A stretch of DNA of 33,021 nt from the IMG/VR virus record IMGVR_UViG_2651869781_000018, one strand, 5' to 3'. The stretch is from a virus (taxonomy: Duplodnaviria; Heunggongvirae; Uroviricota; Caudoviricetes). The translations under genes and the position numbers were made by a program. Numbering within the stretch: position 1 is the first letter of the stretch; each line of letters starts with the position of its first letter. This document shows, one piece after another, positions 17,410 through 26,235 of the stretch. The notes beneath the pieces are model-generated. The model was not told the origin of the DNA. It did not search any database and saw nothing but the letters and a program-made list of their open reading frames with translations.

Positions 17410-17863
17410 TTCCCTGCGTGAAGCCATGACCCGTTCATGCCGATGGTGTCAGGCCAACCCGGAAAAATTCACCATTTTCGTGGAGAGCGGCAACATTGAA
17501 ACGACCGGAGAAACCCCATCGTTTGTTTACCGCTATCAGATGGTGATGTTTGTCATGGATTACGCCGGGGAGCTGGATGACCTCACGCTGCCGCTGCTGG
17601 CGTGGTTATCCCAAAATCAGCCACAGTTGTTGCTCAACCCTGAGCGTAATCAGGACATCAAATTCTCCGCCGTTATCAATGACGATGACAGCGCCGATCT
17701 CCTGTTTACGCTCCCCTTGCGGGAACGCGTTCGCATCACGCGCAGCAGTCAGGGCACACCGCAGGCAGAACACCTGCCGGAGCCAAAACCCCGCCTGCCA
17801 TCTTCCGAAGGCGACTGGTCGCATGTATTCCAGGATGTGACGTGGGGTGAAAGCGATGGATAA
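17396..17863 (+). CDS. R: Tail completion protein R-like
   Basis: 155 aa; synteny after the lysis cassette. Confidence 0.75.
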   Translation: MLKTDSLREAMTRSCRWCQANPEKFTIFVESGNIETTGETPSFVYRYQMVMFVMDYAGELDDLTLPLLAWLSQNQPQLLLNPERNQDIKFSAVINDDDSADLLFTLPLRERVRITRSSQGTPQAEHLPEPKPRLPSSEGDWSHVFQDVTWGESDG

Positions 17864-18491
17864 GGCATTCACCCGCGTGGATGAAACCTTTGAGGCCATC
17901 CGCGACAGCCTGAATCAGCAGGCCATCAATAACATCGCCAGAAAGCTGGCACAGGATTTACGTCGCGCCCAGCAGGCACGTATCCGGTCACAGAAAGCGC
18001 CGGACGGGACCGCATGGACACCACGCAGACGCCGCGTAACCCGGATACAGGAACGCATTCGCTTTATCTGGAATAACGAAGCACGCACGCTGAAAAACTG
18101 GCATCACGACACGGGGAAATACGGGCGAACCATCACCGGGTGGGATGAGGATAAAAACAACATCCGCACGTTTTACCGGGATGACATCGACCGCTTTCTG
18201 GAAATACGCACCCGGCGCATCAACCAGGACAGCACAAAGCGCGTCCCCATGTTCGTAAAACTGCGCACCGCCCGCTACCTGAAAGCCCGTGCGGATACTT
18301 CCGGTGTGACGGTGGGTTACAGCGGCGTGGCTGCACGTATTGCACGCGTTCATCAGTTCGGTGAGCGCGATCAGGTTGCGCCGGGCATTTTCACCGATTA
18401 CCCGGTACGTGAGCTGTTGGGCATCAGTCAGGCAGATGAACGCCTGATTTATAACACGGTGCTGGGCCGGATTGCGGAGGCTGTACGGTGA
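17847..18491 (+). CDS. S: Tail completion / virion morphogenesis protein S-like
   Basis: 214 aa; synteny between R and V. Confidence 0.7.
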   Translation: MKAMDKAFTRVDETFEAIRDSLNQQAINNIARKLAQDLRRAQQARIRSQKAPDGTAWTPRRRRVTRIQERIRFIWNNEARTLKNWHHDTGKYGRTITGWDEDKNNIRTFYRDDIDRFLEIRTRRINQDSTKRVPMFVKLRTARYLKARADTSGVTVGYSGVAARIARVHQFGERDQVAPGIFTDYPVRELLGISQADERLIYNTVLGRIAEAVR

Positions 18492-19069
18492 GCGCAGAAC
18501 TCATGCGACTGCTGAGCAATATCATCCGCACCGGGATCATCTCTGAAGTTGATGAGAAGTCCTGGCGCGTGCGCGTTCGCAGCGGCGAACTGGAGACAGG
18601 CTGGTTGCGCTGGAACACCACGCGCGCGGGAGCCTTCAATGTGTGGCTGCCGCCATCACCAGGCGAACAGGTGGTAATTGCCTGCATTGGCGGCAACCCG
18701 GAAACCGCCATGATAATTGGCAGCCTGTGGAGTGATGCCAATCCGGCCCCCGGCAAAAGCCTGAAAGAAATCGTGATCAGCGCGCCGGACGGCGCGGTGT
18801 TCCGCTACGACGCGGACGCAGGCGCACTGAGCGCCAGCGGCATGAAAACGGCCACTTTACAGGCATCCGTCAGCGTGACACTGGACACGCCCGTCGTGGA
18901 ATGCACAAACCTTCTGAGAACGGCGACGCTTGACGTCACAAAAGGGGGAAAGATGAGCGGCAATATCACGCACAGCGGCGGCGATTTCACCTCAAACGGC
19001 ATTACCGTGCATACGCATAAACACGGTGGCGTGAAAGGTGGCAGCGATTCGACAGGAGGCCCGCAGTGA
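18488..19069 (+). CDS. V: Baseplate assembly protein V (spike)
   Basis: 193 aa; synteny and glycine-rich C-terminus typical of gpV. Confidence 0.8.
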   Translation: MSAELMRLLSNIIRTGIISEVDEKSWRVRVRSGELETGWLRWNTTRAGAFNVWLPPSPGEQVVIACIGGNPETAMIIGSLWSDANPAPGKSLKEIVISAPDGAVFRYDADAGALSASGMKTATLQASVSVTLDTPVVECTNLLRTATLDVTKGGKMSGNITHSGGDFTSNGITVHTHKHGGVKGGSDSTGGPQ

Positions 19070-19416
19070 CAACCCGCTACACAGGAATGAACCCGGACGG
19101 AACGGGAAACCTGAACGATATGGAGCACCTGAAACAGTCAGTCAGGGACATCCTGACCACCCCACTGGCAAGCCGGGTTATGCGACGGGAATATGGCAGC
19201 CTTGTGCCTGATTTGATTGACGAACCCATGAATAACACCACGCGTCTGCAATGCATGAGTGCTGCCGTGATTGCGCTGACACGATGGGAACCCCGCATTG
19301 CCCTGGATGCCATCGACGTTGTCTGGAAAGCGGGAGGCCGCGCCGGGGTGACGCTGTCGGGCACTGTCATGCAGACCATGCAGAATGTTGAATTAACCAT
19401 CACGCTGAGGGAGTAA
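19066..19416 (+). CDS. W: Baseplate protein W (gp25-like)
   Basis: 116 aa; overlapping start; synteny. Confidence 0.8.
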   Translation: MTTRYTGMNPDGTGNLNDMEHLKQSVRDILTTPLASRVMRREYGSLVPDLIDEPMNNTTRLQCMSAAVIALTRWEPRIALDAIDVVWKAGGRAGVTLSGTVMQTMQNVELTITLRE

Positions 19417-19419
19417 ATC

Positions 19420-20316
19420 ATGCCCGCCGTTGACCTTTCACAGTTACCGGACCCCGCCATCATCGCGGAGCCTGACTTTGAGGCAATTCTGGCTGACACA
19501 AAGGCCATGATGATTGCGGCTTATCCCGCCGAACAGCGTGAAGCCGTTTCCGCCGCGCTGGAGCTGGAATCGGAACCCCTTAACGTTATCGCTCAAACCA
19601 TGTCGTTTCGTGAAATGCTGTTACGCCAGCGGGTTAACGAGGGGGCACGCGCCTGCATGTTAAGCCACAGCGCCGGGACAGACCTGGACAACCTCGCGGG
19701 CAATATGAACACAAAACGCCTGGTTATCACTCCGGCAACGGATACCACCGACGCGGTGATGGAGAGCGACACCTCGCTGAGACTGCGGGCGCAGCGGGCG
19801 TACGACGGCCTGAGTGTTGCTGGCCCGTCAGGTGCATACGAGTATTTTGCACGCAGCGCCAGCGGTCTGGTGCGTGATGCGCGGGCTATCAGTCCGTCTC
19901 CGGCAAATGTGACGGTTTCCATTCTGTCCACTGAAGGCGACGGCACAGCAACGGAGGCGTTGCTTAATACCGTTCGCGCCGTTCTGAATGCAGAGGACAC
20001 CAGCCCGGTGGCCGACCGCCTGACCGTACAGAGCGCCAGAATCGTGACATGGCGGCTGAATGCAAAACTGTACTTTTACCCCGGCCCGGAATCCGAACCT
20101 ATTCTGGCTGCGGCGGAATCGTCGTTCAGGAAGTGGCTGGCTGAGCAGGGGCTTATCGGTCAGGACGTGGCGTTGTCCGCCATTGCTGCCGCACTGCATG
20201 TGCACGGTGTGCAACGCGTGGAGATAATCGAACCCACACAGAATATGGCCATCAGCGACATACAGGCGGCGCGCTGTGAGTCGTTCACCATCAGCGAAGG
20301 TGGGCGCAATGAGTAA
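19420..20316 (+). CDS. J: Baseplate protein J
   Basis: 298 aa; synteny. Confidence 0.8.
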   Translation: MPAVDLSQLPDPAIIAEPDFEAILADTKAMMIAAYPAEQREAVSAALELESEPLNVIAQTMSFREMLLRQRVNEGARACMLSHSAGTDLDNLAGNMNTKRLVITPATDTTDAVMESDTSLRLRAQRAYDGLSVAGPSGAYEYFARSASGLVRDARAISPSPANVTVSILSTEGDGTATEALLNTVRAVLNAEDTSPVADRLTVQSARIVTWRLNAKLYFYPGPESEPILAAAESSFRKWLAEQGLIGQDVALSAIAAALHVHGVQRVEIIEPTQNMAISDIQAARCESFTISEGGRNE

Positions 20317-20839
20317 TTCACTGTTACCACCATCAGCCAGCAGTTTCATGCGTTGTGCCGAAGCTGTCGGAACGCGCATTACAGACATCCCGGTAGACCT
20401 CAACACGCTGTGGTCGCCGGATACCTGCCCGGTGCATCTGCTGCCTTACCTCGCCTGGGCGTTTTCCGTTGACCGCTGGGATCGCAACTGGCCGGAAGAG
20501 ACAAAACGACAGGTGATTCGTGATGCATGGCTGATACACCGACACAAAGGGACCATCAGCGCACTGCGCAGGGCCATTGAGCCGCTGGGATACCTCATTC
20601 GCGTGTCTGAGTGGTGGGAGTTCGGCGGAGAACCGGGAACATTTACCGTTGAAGTCGGCACACTGGACAGTGGCGTGACGGAGGAAATGTATCTGGAAAT
20701 GGAGCGGTTGATTGCTGATGCCCGTCCGGTCAGCCGCCACATGACAGGGCTGAATATCATTCAGGAAATTCCGGGGGATATTTTCGCAGCGGCGGCAACT
20801 TATGACGGTGAAGTTATTACCATTTATCCGGACGATTAA
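20309..20839 (+). CDS. I: Baseplate / tail fibre attachment protein I
   Basis: Start MSNSLL at 20309 overlapping the J stop by 8 nt, RBS GAAGG; synteny. Confidence 0.75.
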   Translation: MSNSLLPPSASSFMRCAEAVGTRITDIPVDLNTLWSPDTCPVHLLPYLAWAFSVDRWDRNWPEETKRQVIRDAWLIHRHKGTISALRRAIEPLGYLIRVSEWWEFGGEPGTFTVEVGTLDSGVTEEMYLEMERLIADARPVSRHMTGLNIIQEIPGDIFAAAATYDGEVITIYPDD

Positions 20840-20841
20840 GC

Positions 20842-23001
20842 ATGAGTACCACAACACGAAAATTTAAAACCGTTATCACCGATACAGGTGCCAAAAAATT
20901 AGCTCAGGCAGCCGCGCCAGATGGTAAGCCTGTTCGCCTGACTCATATGGCCGTGGGCGACGGTGGCGGCACGTTGCCCACACCAGACAGTAAGCAGACC
21001 CGTCTGGTGCATGAGGTGTGGCGACATACTGTTAATCGCGTCATCCTGGACGCAACACATCAGAACCGCATTATTGCGGAGCTGCTTATTCCTCCTGAAA
21101 CGGGCGGATTCTGGATCCGGGAAATTGGTGTGTTTGATGAGAACGGCGATTTGATCGCGGTGGGCAATACTGCCGAAAGTTACAAGCCAATCGTTGCCGA
21201 AGGGTCCGGACGCGCACAAACATTTCGCACCATTCTGACCGTATCCAGCACTGCCACCGTGGCGCTTACCGTGAATAACACCATGGTGATGGCCACAGTG
21301 GATTACGTGGATGACAAACTGAAAGAGCATGAACAGTCACGACGTCACCCGGACGCCTCGCTGACCGCAAAAGGCTTTGTTCAACTCAGTAGCGCCACTA
21401 ACAGCGTGTCTGAAACGCAGGCTGCAACGCCGAAAGCGGTTAAGGCCGCGTATGATCTTGCTAACGGTAAATATACTGCGCAGGATGCCAGCACGACGCG
21501 AAAAGGCCTTGTCCAGCTCAGTAGTGCCACCAACAGCACGTCTGAAACACTGGCCGCGACATCGAAAGCGGTTAAGGCGGTAATGGATGAAACGAACAAG
21601 AAAGCGCCCTTAAACAGTCCTGCGTTGACCGGAACACCAACAACACCAACTGCGCCAAAAGGGACTAATAATACTCAGATCGCAAGCACGGCTTATGTTA
21701 TGGCTGCGATCGCTGCCCTCGTGGATTCGTCGCCTGATGCACTGAATACGCTGAACGAGTTGGCTGCGGCGTTGGGCAACGACCCGAATTTTGCGACCAC
21801 CATGACTAACGCGCTTGCGGGTAAGCAACCGAAAGATGCCACCCTGACGGCGCTGGCCGGGCTTGCTACTGCGGCAGACAAGTTTCCGTATTTTACGGGG
21901 AATGATGTCGCCAGCCTGGCAACCCTGACAAAAGTCGGGCGGGATATTCTTGCGAAATCGACCGTTGCTGCCGTTATCGAATACCTCGGTTTGCAGGAAA
22001 CGGTAAATAAGGCTTCTGGCGCATTACAGAAAAACCAGAACGGCGCAGATATTCCCGATAAAAAACTATTCCTGCGTAATATCGGCACAACAAATTCAAC
22101 AACCATGTCTTTTAGTGGTGGTGCTGGATGGTTCAAACTGGCAACTGTAACAATGCCACAAGCCAGTTCCGTGGTTTACATAAGCCTGATTGGTGGCGCA
22201 GGGTTTAACGTTGGCTCCCCGCATCAAGCAGGCGTCTCTGAGCTGGTTCTGCGTGCCGGAAATGGAAATCCAAAAGGTATTACTGGTGCATTATGGCGAC
22301 GGACCTCGGTTGGATTTACTAATTTTGCATGGGTGAATACATCCGGTGATACCTATGATGTTTATGTTGAAATAGGTAATTACGCCACAGGTGTTAATAT
22401 TCAGTGGGATTATACCAGTAACGCCAGCGTAACGATTCATACATCACCAACTTATACAGCGAATAAACCAACAGGCCTGACAGATGGAACTGTATATGTA
22501 ATTTACAGTTCGCACATTAAACCGACTGCTGCTGAGGTTGGGGCGTTGTCATTATCTGGCGGTCAATTGAATGGTGCACTGGGCATCGGAACATCCAGTG
22601 CTCTTGGTGGTAACTCGATTGTTTTGGGTGATAATGACACGGGATTTAAACAAAATGGCGACGGGTATCTGGATGTTTATGCTAATAACGTCCATGTTAT
22701 GCGCTTTGTCTCCGGCAGTATTCAAAGTAATAAAACCATAAATATTACAGGGCGTGTTAATCCCTCAGATTACGGTAACTTTGATTCCCGTTATGTGAAA
22801 GATGTTCGACTTGGTTCACAGCAATATTATGGCGTGAACAACTGGCAAACATGGAATTTCCAGTGCCCGTCAGGTCATGTATTGACTGGTATTAATGTTC
22901 AGGATACAGGGTCCAATTCTGCCGATAATATAGCGGGCGTTTATTACAGACCCGTTCAAAAGTATATAAATGGCACCTGGTATAATGTAGCGAGCGTTTA
23001 A
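20842..23001 (+). CDS. H: Tail fibre protein H (constant N-terminal part fused to the currently expressed variable C-terminal part)
   Basis: 719 aa; internal tandem repeat ([24 protein letters not shown], about 21364..21590); C-terminus ...[14 protein letters not shown] nearly identical to the C-terminus of the inverted H' cassette. Confidence 0.9.
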   Translation: MSTTTRKFKTVITDTGAKKLAQAAAPDGKPVRLTHMAVGDGGGTLPTPDSKQTRLVHEVWRHTVNRVILDATHQNRIIAELLIPPETGGFWIREIGVFDENGDLIAVGNTAESYKPIVAEGSGRAQTFRTILTVSSTATVALTVNNTMVMATVDYVDDKLKEHEQSRRHPDASLTAKGFVQLSSATNSVSETQAATPKAVKAAYDLANGKYTAQDASTTRKGLVQLSSATNSTSETLAATSKAVKAVMDETNKKAPLNSPALTGTPTTPTAPKGTNNTQIASTAYVMAAIAALVDSSPDALNTLNELAAALGNDPNFATTMTNALAGKQPKDATLTALAGLATAADKFPYFTGNDVASLATLTKVGRDILAKSTVAAVIEYLGLQETVNKASGALQKNQNGADIPDKKLFLRNIGTTNSTTMSFSGGAGWFKLATVTMPQASSVVYISLIGGAGFNVGSPHQAGVSELVLRAGNGNPKGITGALWRRTSVGFTNFAWVNTSGDTYDVYVEIGNYATGVNIQWDYTSNASVTIHTSPTYTANKPTGLTDGTVYVIYSSHIKPTAAEVGALSLSGGQLNGALGIGTSSALGGNSIVLGDNDTGFKQNGDGYLDVYANNVHVMRFVSGSIQSNKTINITGRVNPSDYGNFDSRYVKDVRLGSQQYYGVNNWQTWNFQCPSGHVLTGINVQDTGSNSADNIAGVYYRPVQKYINGTWYNVASV
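21974..21999. promoter_or_regulatory. Left crossover site of the invertible segment (gix/hix-like 26-bp site TTATCGAATACCTCGGTTTGCAGGAA) inside H
   Basis: Inverted copy of the site upstream of the invertase gene; core AAACC-GA-GGTTT-type dyad as in Gin/Hin/Cin/Pin systems; coordinates approximate (+/-2). Confidence 0.7.
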
Positions 23002-23002
23002 T

Positions 23003-23530
23003 ATGATGCACTTAAAGAACATAAAAGCGGGTAACGCTAAAACACTGGAACAGTATGAGTTAACAAAGAAACACGGAGTTATCTGGCTTTACTCTGAGGA
23101 CGGAAAAAACTGGTATGAGGAAGTGAAAAACTTTCAGCCAGACACCATAAAGATTGTTTACGATGAAAATAATATTATTGTCGCCATCACCAAAGATGCA
23201 TCCACGCTTAACCCTGAAGGTTTTAGCGTCGTTGAGGTTCCCGATATAACAACCAATCGTCGGGCCGATGATTCCGGTAAGTGGATGTTTAAGGACGGAG
23301 CTGTGGTTAAACGGATTTATACGGCTGACGAACAGCAACAACAGGCCGAATCACAAAAGGCCGCGGTACTTTCCGAAGCAGAAAGCGTTATTCAGCCACT
23401 GGAGCGCGCTGTCAGGCTGAATATGGCGACGGATGAGGAACGCGCACGACTGGAATCATGGGAACGCCACAGTGTTCTGGTCAGCCGTGTGGATACAGCA
23501 AATCCTGAATGGCCACAAAAGCCTGAATAA
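23003..23530 (+). CDS. G: Tail fibre assembly chaperone G
   Basis: 175 aa; strongly similar to the divergent paralogue on the minus strand (HLKNI.AGN.KT.EQY.LTK...[18 protein letters not shown]). Confidence 0.85.
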   Translation: MMHLKNIKAGNAKTLEQYELTKKHGVIWLYSEDGKNWYEEVKNFQPDTIKIVYDENNIIVAITKDASTLNPEGFSVVEVPDITTNRRADDSGKWMFKDGAVVKRIYTADEQQQQAESQKAAVLSEAESVIQPLERAVRLNMATDEERARLESWERHSVLVSRVDTANPEWPQKPE

Positions 23531-23534
23531 AAAT

Positions 23535-23556
23535 TAAGGCCCGATAGTGGGCCTTG
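23535..23556. terminator. Hairpin (AAGGCCC-GATAGT-GGGCCTT) between convergent G and G', likely bidirectional terminator
   Basis: Perfect 7-bp GC-rich inverted repeat between two converging stop codons. Confidence 0.5.
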
Positions 23557-23558
23557 TC

Positions 23559-24092
23559 TCATTCTGGTTGTTCGGGAAACGTTACTGGCAGGCTGGAGGT
23601 GTCTGTAGATTCGACTTTCTGCGCATAGAGCATCCACTCGGTTAATTTTTGTTTATTCTCGTCGGAAATGATACCCAGCCGTAGCTGTGAGTCCCATAGC
23701 TGGGTTTTATCCCTGACAAGTTGCAACAGGCTTTGCTTTTCATTCTCTGCCTGCTGCCTCTGTTCCTCCTCGGTATAAGTTCGCTTTATCACCGCGCCAT
23801 CTTTGAACATCCAGTTACCCGAAATATCAGCCCGTCTATTGGCTGTTATATCAGGCAACTCAACAACGCTTAAACCTTCTGGATTAATTGCCGATACATC
23901 CTTATCAATAGCAACAATAACTCCCTCTGCTGTGTAAGCTAGCTTTATTGTATCTTCCTGAAAGTTTTTCACTTCCTCATACCAGTTTTTTCCGTCTTCA
24001 GACCATAACCAGATAACATTAAAATTCTTTGTTAGCTGATATTGTTCAACGGTTTTTGGATTACCTGCGACAATGTTTTTTAAATGCTGCAT
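23559..24092 (-). CDS. Alternative tail fibre assembly chaperone G' (silent in this orientation)
   Basis: 177 aa paralogue of G on the opposite strand inside the invertible segment. Confidence 0.85.
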   Translation of the reverse strand: MQHLKNIVAGNPKTVEQYQLTKNFNVIWLWSEDGKNWYEEVKNFQEDTIKLAYTAEGVIVAIDKDVSAINPEGLSVVELPDITANRRADISGNWMFKDGAVIKRTYTEEEQRQQAENEKQSLLQLVRDKTQLWDSQLRLGIISDENKQKLTEWMLYAQKVESTDTSSLPVTFPEQPE

Positions 24093-24095
24093 AAG

Positions 24096-25040
24096 TTACA
24101 CCTGCGCCACGTTATACCATGTGCCATTGATGTATTTTTGTATTGGTCTGAATACAGCCGGATCATCGCCATCAACAGAGCCAATAATGCCAAGCCCTGT
24201 AATTACATGACCTGATTTCTCATACATCACGCCTTTTTGCATGGTCTGAACAACACGAGTGCCCAGGCGAATATCTCGTACATAGCGAGAATCCGATTCA
24301 GCTTTGGTATATGCACCAACATCTCCCGCAGAGGGTTTGCGGGTTGTGGTATAAAACTCTGACCAGTCAGCCTCAAATCCATAACCATCTCGCGCTGAAC
24401 GATAATAAATACCGCCGTTCTTATAATTCACGCGTAATTGTACAGCCGGGCAGCTACCCGCGTTCATATTGAAATGAAGAATTAATGTTGATGCGCCTTT
24501 TAGGTCTGCATCATAAACACCGCTATTCCAGTTCCAGCCAACAGCTTTATCATTTGCAACCCTGTTTCCTGTCTGCCCTAAAGCAAATGCAGGTTGCAGG
24601 TTTTTCGTGTTGTAGTCTCGTCGCCAGCCAGGAGCGTAAGCATCACCATGATTAATATAAGTGAATTGAGCGTTAGTGATTCCGCCACCACTGGAAGTGC
24701 TTGGTGTTGTTACACGGATGGTCATGGCACCTTTATTACCCATAACCTCAATAACGCAACCTGCAAGATGAATAGTTCCACAGCCAGTATCGGTTATAAT
24801 TTTATTATTGCCATACGACCATGAACATTTGCACATCCAGTATGGGTGATTGAATGCCCCTTGAGAATCCAGCCATTCAATCAATTGTGCCGTTGTCCAG
24901 TTCCCTGCACCTGTACTAATAGAACTGTGAAAAGCGCGACATGCACCAATATTTTTTGTGAAGGTATCTTTTCCTGGAATATCTGCGCCGTTCTGGTTTT
25001 TCTGCAATGCGCCTGAAGCCTGATTTATCGTTTCCTGCAA
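24096..25040 (-). CDS. Alternative tail fibre variable C-terminal cassette H' (promoterless; would be fused to the constant part of H after inversion)
   Basis: Begins [21 protein letters not shown], the same junction sequence found inside H ([22 protein letters not shown]); ends ...[14 protein letters not shown]; the annotated start codon is TTG and is probably not a true initiation site. Confidence 0.75.
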   Translation of the reverse strand: MQETINQASGALQKNQNGADIPGKDTFTKNIGACRAFHSSISTGAGNWTTAQLIEWLDSQGAFNHPYWMCKCSWSYGNNKIITDTGCGTIHLAGCVIEVMGNKGAMTIRVTTPSTSSGGGITNAQFTYINHGDAYAPGWRRDYNTKNLQPAFALGQTGNRVANDKAVGWNWNSGVYDADLKGASTLILHFNMNAGSCPAVQLRVNYKNGGIYYRSARDGYGFEADWSEFYTTTRKPSAGDVGAYTKAESDSRYVRDIRLGTRVVQTMQKGVMYEKSGHVITGLGIIGSVDGDDPAVFRPIQKYINGTWYNVAQV

Positions 25041-25058
25041 ACCGAGGTTTTAGATAAT
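25033..25058. promoter_or_regulatory. Right crossover site of the invertible segment (TTCCTGCAAACCGAGGTTTTAGATAA)
   Basis: Reverse complement of the left site over the half TTCCTGCAAACCGAGG; lies just upstream of the invertase gene; coordinates approximate (+/-2). Confidence 0.7.
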
Positions 25059-25093
25059 GGCCGTTTCTGACCTGCATGGCATGATTTACGCTT

Positions 25094-25699
25094 TTGGACG
25101 GGAGATTCAGCGTGCTGATTGGCTATGTAAGGGTATCAACAAATGACCAGAATACAGACCTGCAACGAAACGCTCTTGTTTGTGCAGGATGTGAACAAAT
25201 ATTTGAAGATAAATTAAGCGGGACAAAGACAGACCGACCGGGATTAAAACGCGCTTTAAAGCGCCTTCAAAAAGGTGACACGCTGGTTGTCTGGAAACTG
25301 GATCGCCTCGGGCGAAGCATGAAACATCTGATTTCTCTCGTCGGGGAACTACGGGAGCGAGGGATTAATTTTCGCAGTCTGACCGACAGCATAGATACAT
25401 CTTCTCCAATGGGGCGTTTTTTCTTCCACGTGATGGGTGCCCTGGCTGAAATGGAACGTGAATTAATTGTTGAACGTACACTGGCCGGACTGGCAGCAGC
25501 GCGCGCACGGGGGCGCACAGGCGGACGTCGCCCGAAGCTGACAAAAGAACAGCATGAGCAAATAGCAAGGCTGATTAAAAACGGTCACGACAGAAAACAA
25601 CTGGCAATAATTTACGGCATTGGTACATCGACGATTTATCGTTACCACCCCGCAGGAGAATCAAGCGGAACAATAGAGAAGAGTCAGAAAACAAAATAA
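25094..25699 (+). CDS. Serine DNA invertase, Gin/Pin/Cin/Hin (Din) family
   Basis: N-terminal catalytic motif LIGYVRVSTNDQNTDLQRNAL, then GDTLVVWKLDRLGRS and a C-terminal HTH; very close to Mu Gin as remembered. Annotated start is TTG at 25094; a GTG at about 25112 (M-LIGYV) with GGGAGA RBS is an alternative. Confidence 0.9.
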   Translation: MDGRFSVLIGYVRVSTNDQNTDLQRNALVCAGCEQIFEDKLSGTKTDRPGLKRALKRLQKGDTLVVWKLDRLGRSMKHLISLVGELRERGINFRSLTDSIDTSSPMGRFFFHVMGALAEMERELIVERTLAGLAAARARGRTGGRRPKLTKEQHEQIARLIKNGHDRKQLAIIYGIGTSTIYRYHPAGESSGTIEKSQKTK

Positions 25700-25728
25700 C
25701 CGCTAATCTGACCATTAGCGGTTTTTGC
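25700..25728. terminator. Hairpin plus T-run (ACCGCTAAT-CTGACC-ATTAGCGGT TTTT) between convergent invertase and U genes, likely bidirectional terminator
   Basis: 9-bp perfect stem followed by TTTTT on the plus strand and preceded by AAAA (T-run on the minus strand). Confidence 0.6.
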
Positions 25729-25734
25729 GTTAAA

Positions 25735-26229
25735 TCAGAACAGCCCTTTAACTGAACTGGCCGCGCTGTTAAGAGATGATGTCACCTTATCTTTGAAGCC
25801 GGACAGCATATCGCTGAACGATGAGGATTGCAGGCGCTCCCGCAAATCCTCATCACAGCGTTCAAGGGTCAGTGAAAATTCTATCTTTTTCGCCTTACCG
25901 TAGCGATCAAACTCGGAACGGGTCGTATTCGTTCCGGTCAGGACATACATGCCGTAAATCTGCCCAACGCCATCAATCAAAGGCCAGGGTCGTCCTGTAT
26001 ACGCCTGCATGGTCAGCAGCGACAGCGACACTTCGCCACCTGTAATTTCAGGATAAAGCACACCAGAAAGAACGATGCGATCATCACCTGCACCGATATA
26101 CTGCCAGCTTGCTGAACGGTTAACGCGTTCATTTTTCACATGCCGCCAGCTTTTGTTTTGCTGTAACTGCTGATGCGGCAGCGTGCGCAGCTCAAAAACA
26201 AACATGCCGTAGATCATCATCATGGCCAT
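25735..26229 (-). CDS. U: Tail protein U-like
   Basis: 164 aa, immediately downstream of the tape measure gene on the minus strand; size and position match P2 gpU. Confidence 0.75.
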   Translation of the reverse strand: MAMMMIYGMFVFELRTLPHQQLQQNKSWRHVKNERVNRSASWQYIGAGDDRIVLSGVLYPEITGGEVSLSLLTMQAYTGRPWPLIDGVGQIYGMYVLTGTNTTRSEFDRYGKAKKIEFSLTLERCDEDLRERLQSSSFSDMLSGFKDKVTSSLNSAASSVKGLF

Positions 26230-26235
26230 GACTCC

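Larger units (their letters stand above)
21987..25046. other. Invertible tail-fibre host-range segment (about 3.06 kb), bounded by inverted 26-bp crossover sites and about 65 bp of inverted homology
   Basis: Contains H variable part and G (+) and the alternative G' and H' variable part (-) arranged head-to-head around a central hairpin, with a serine invertase gene immediately outside. Confidence 0.8.
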
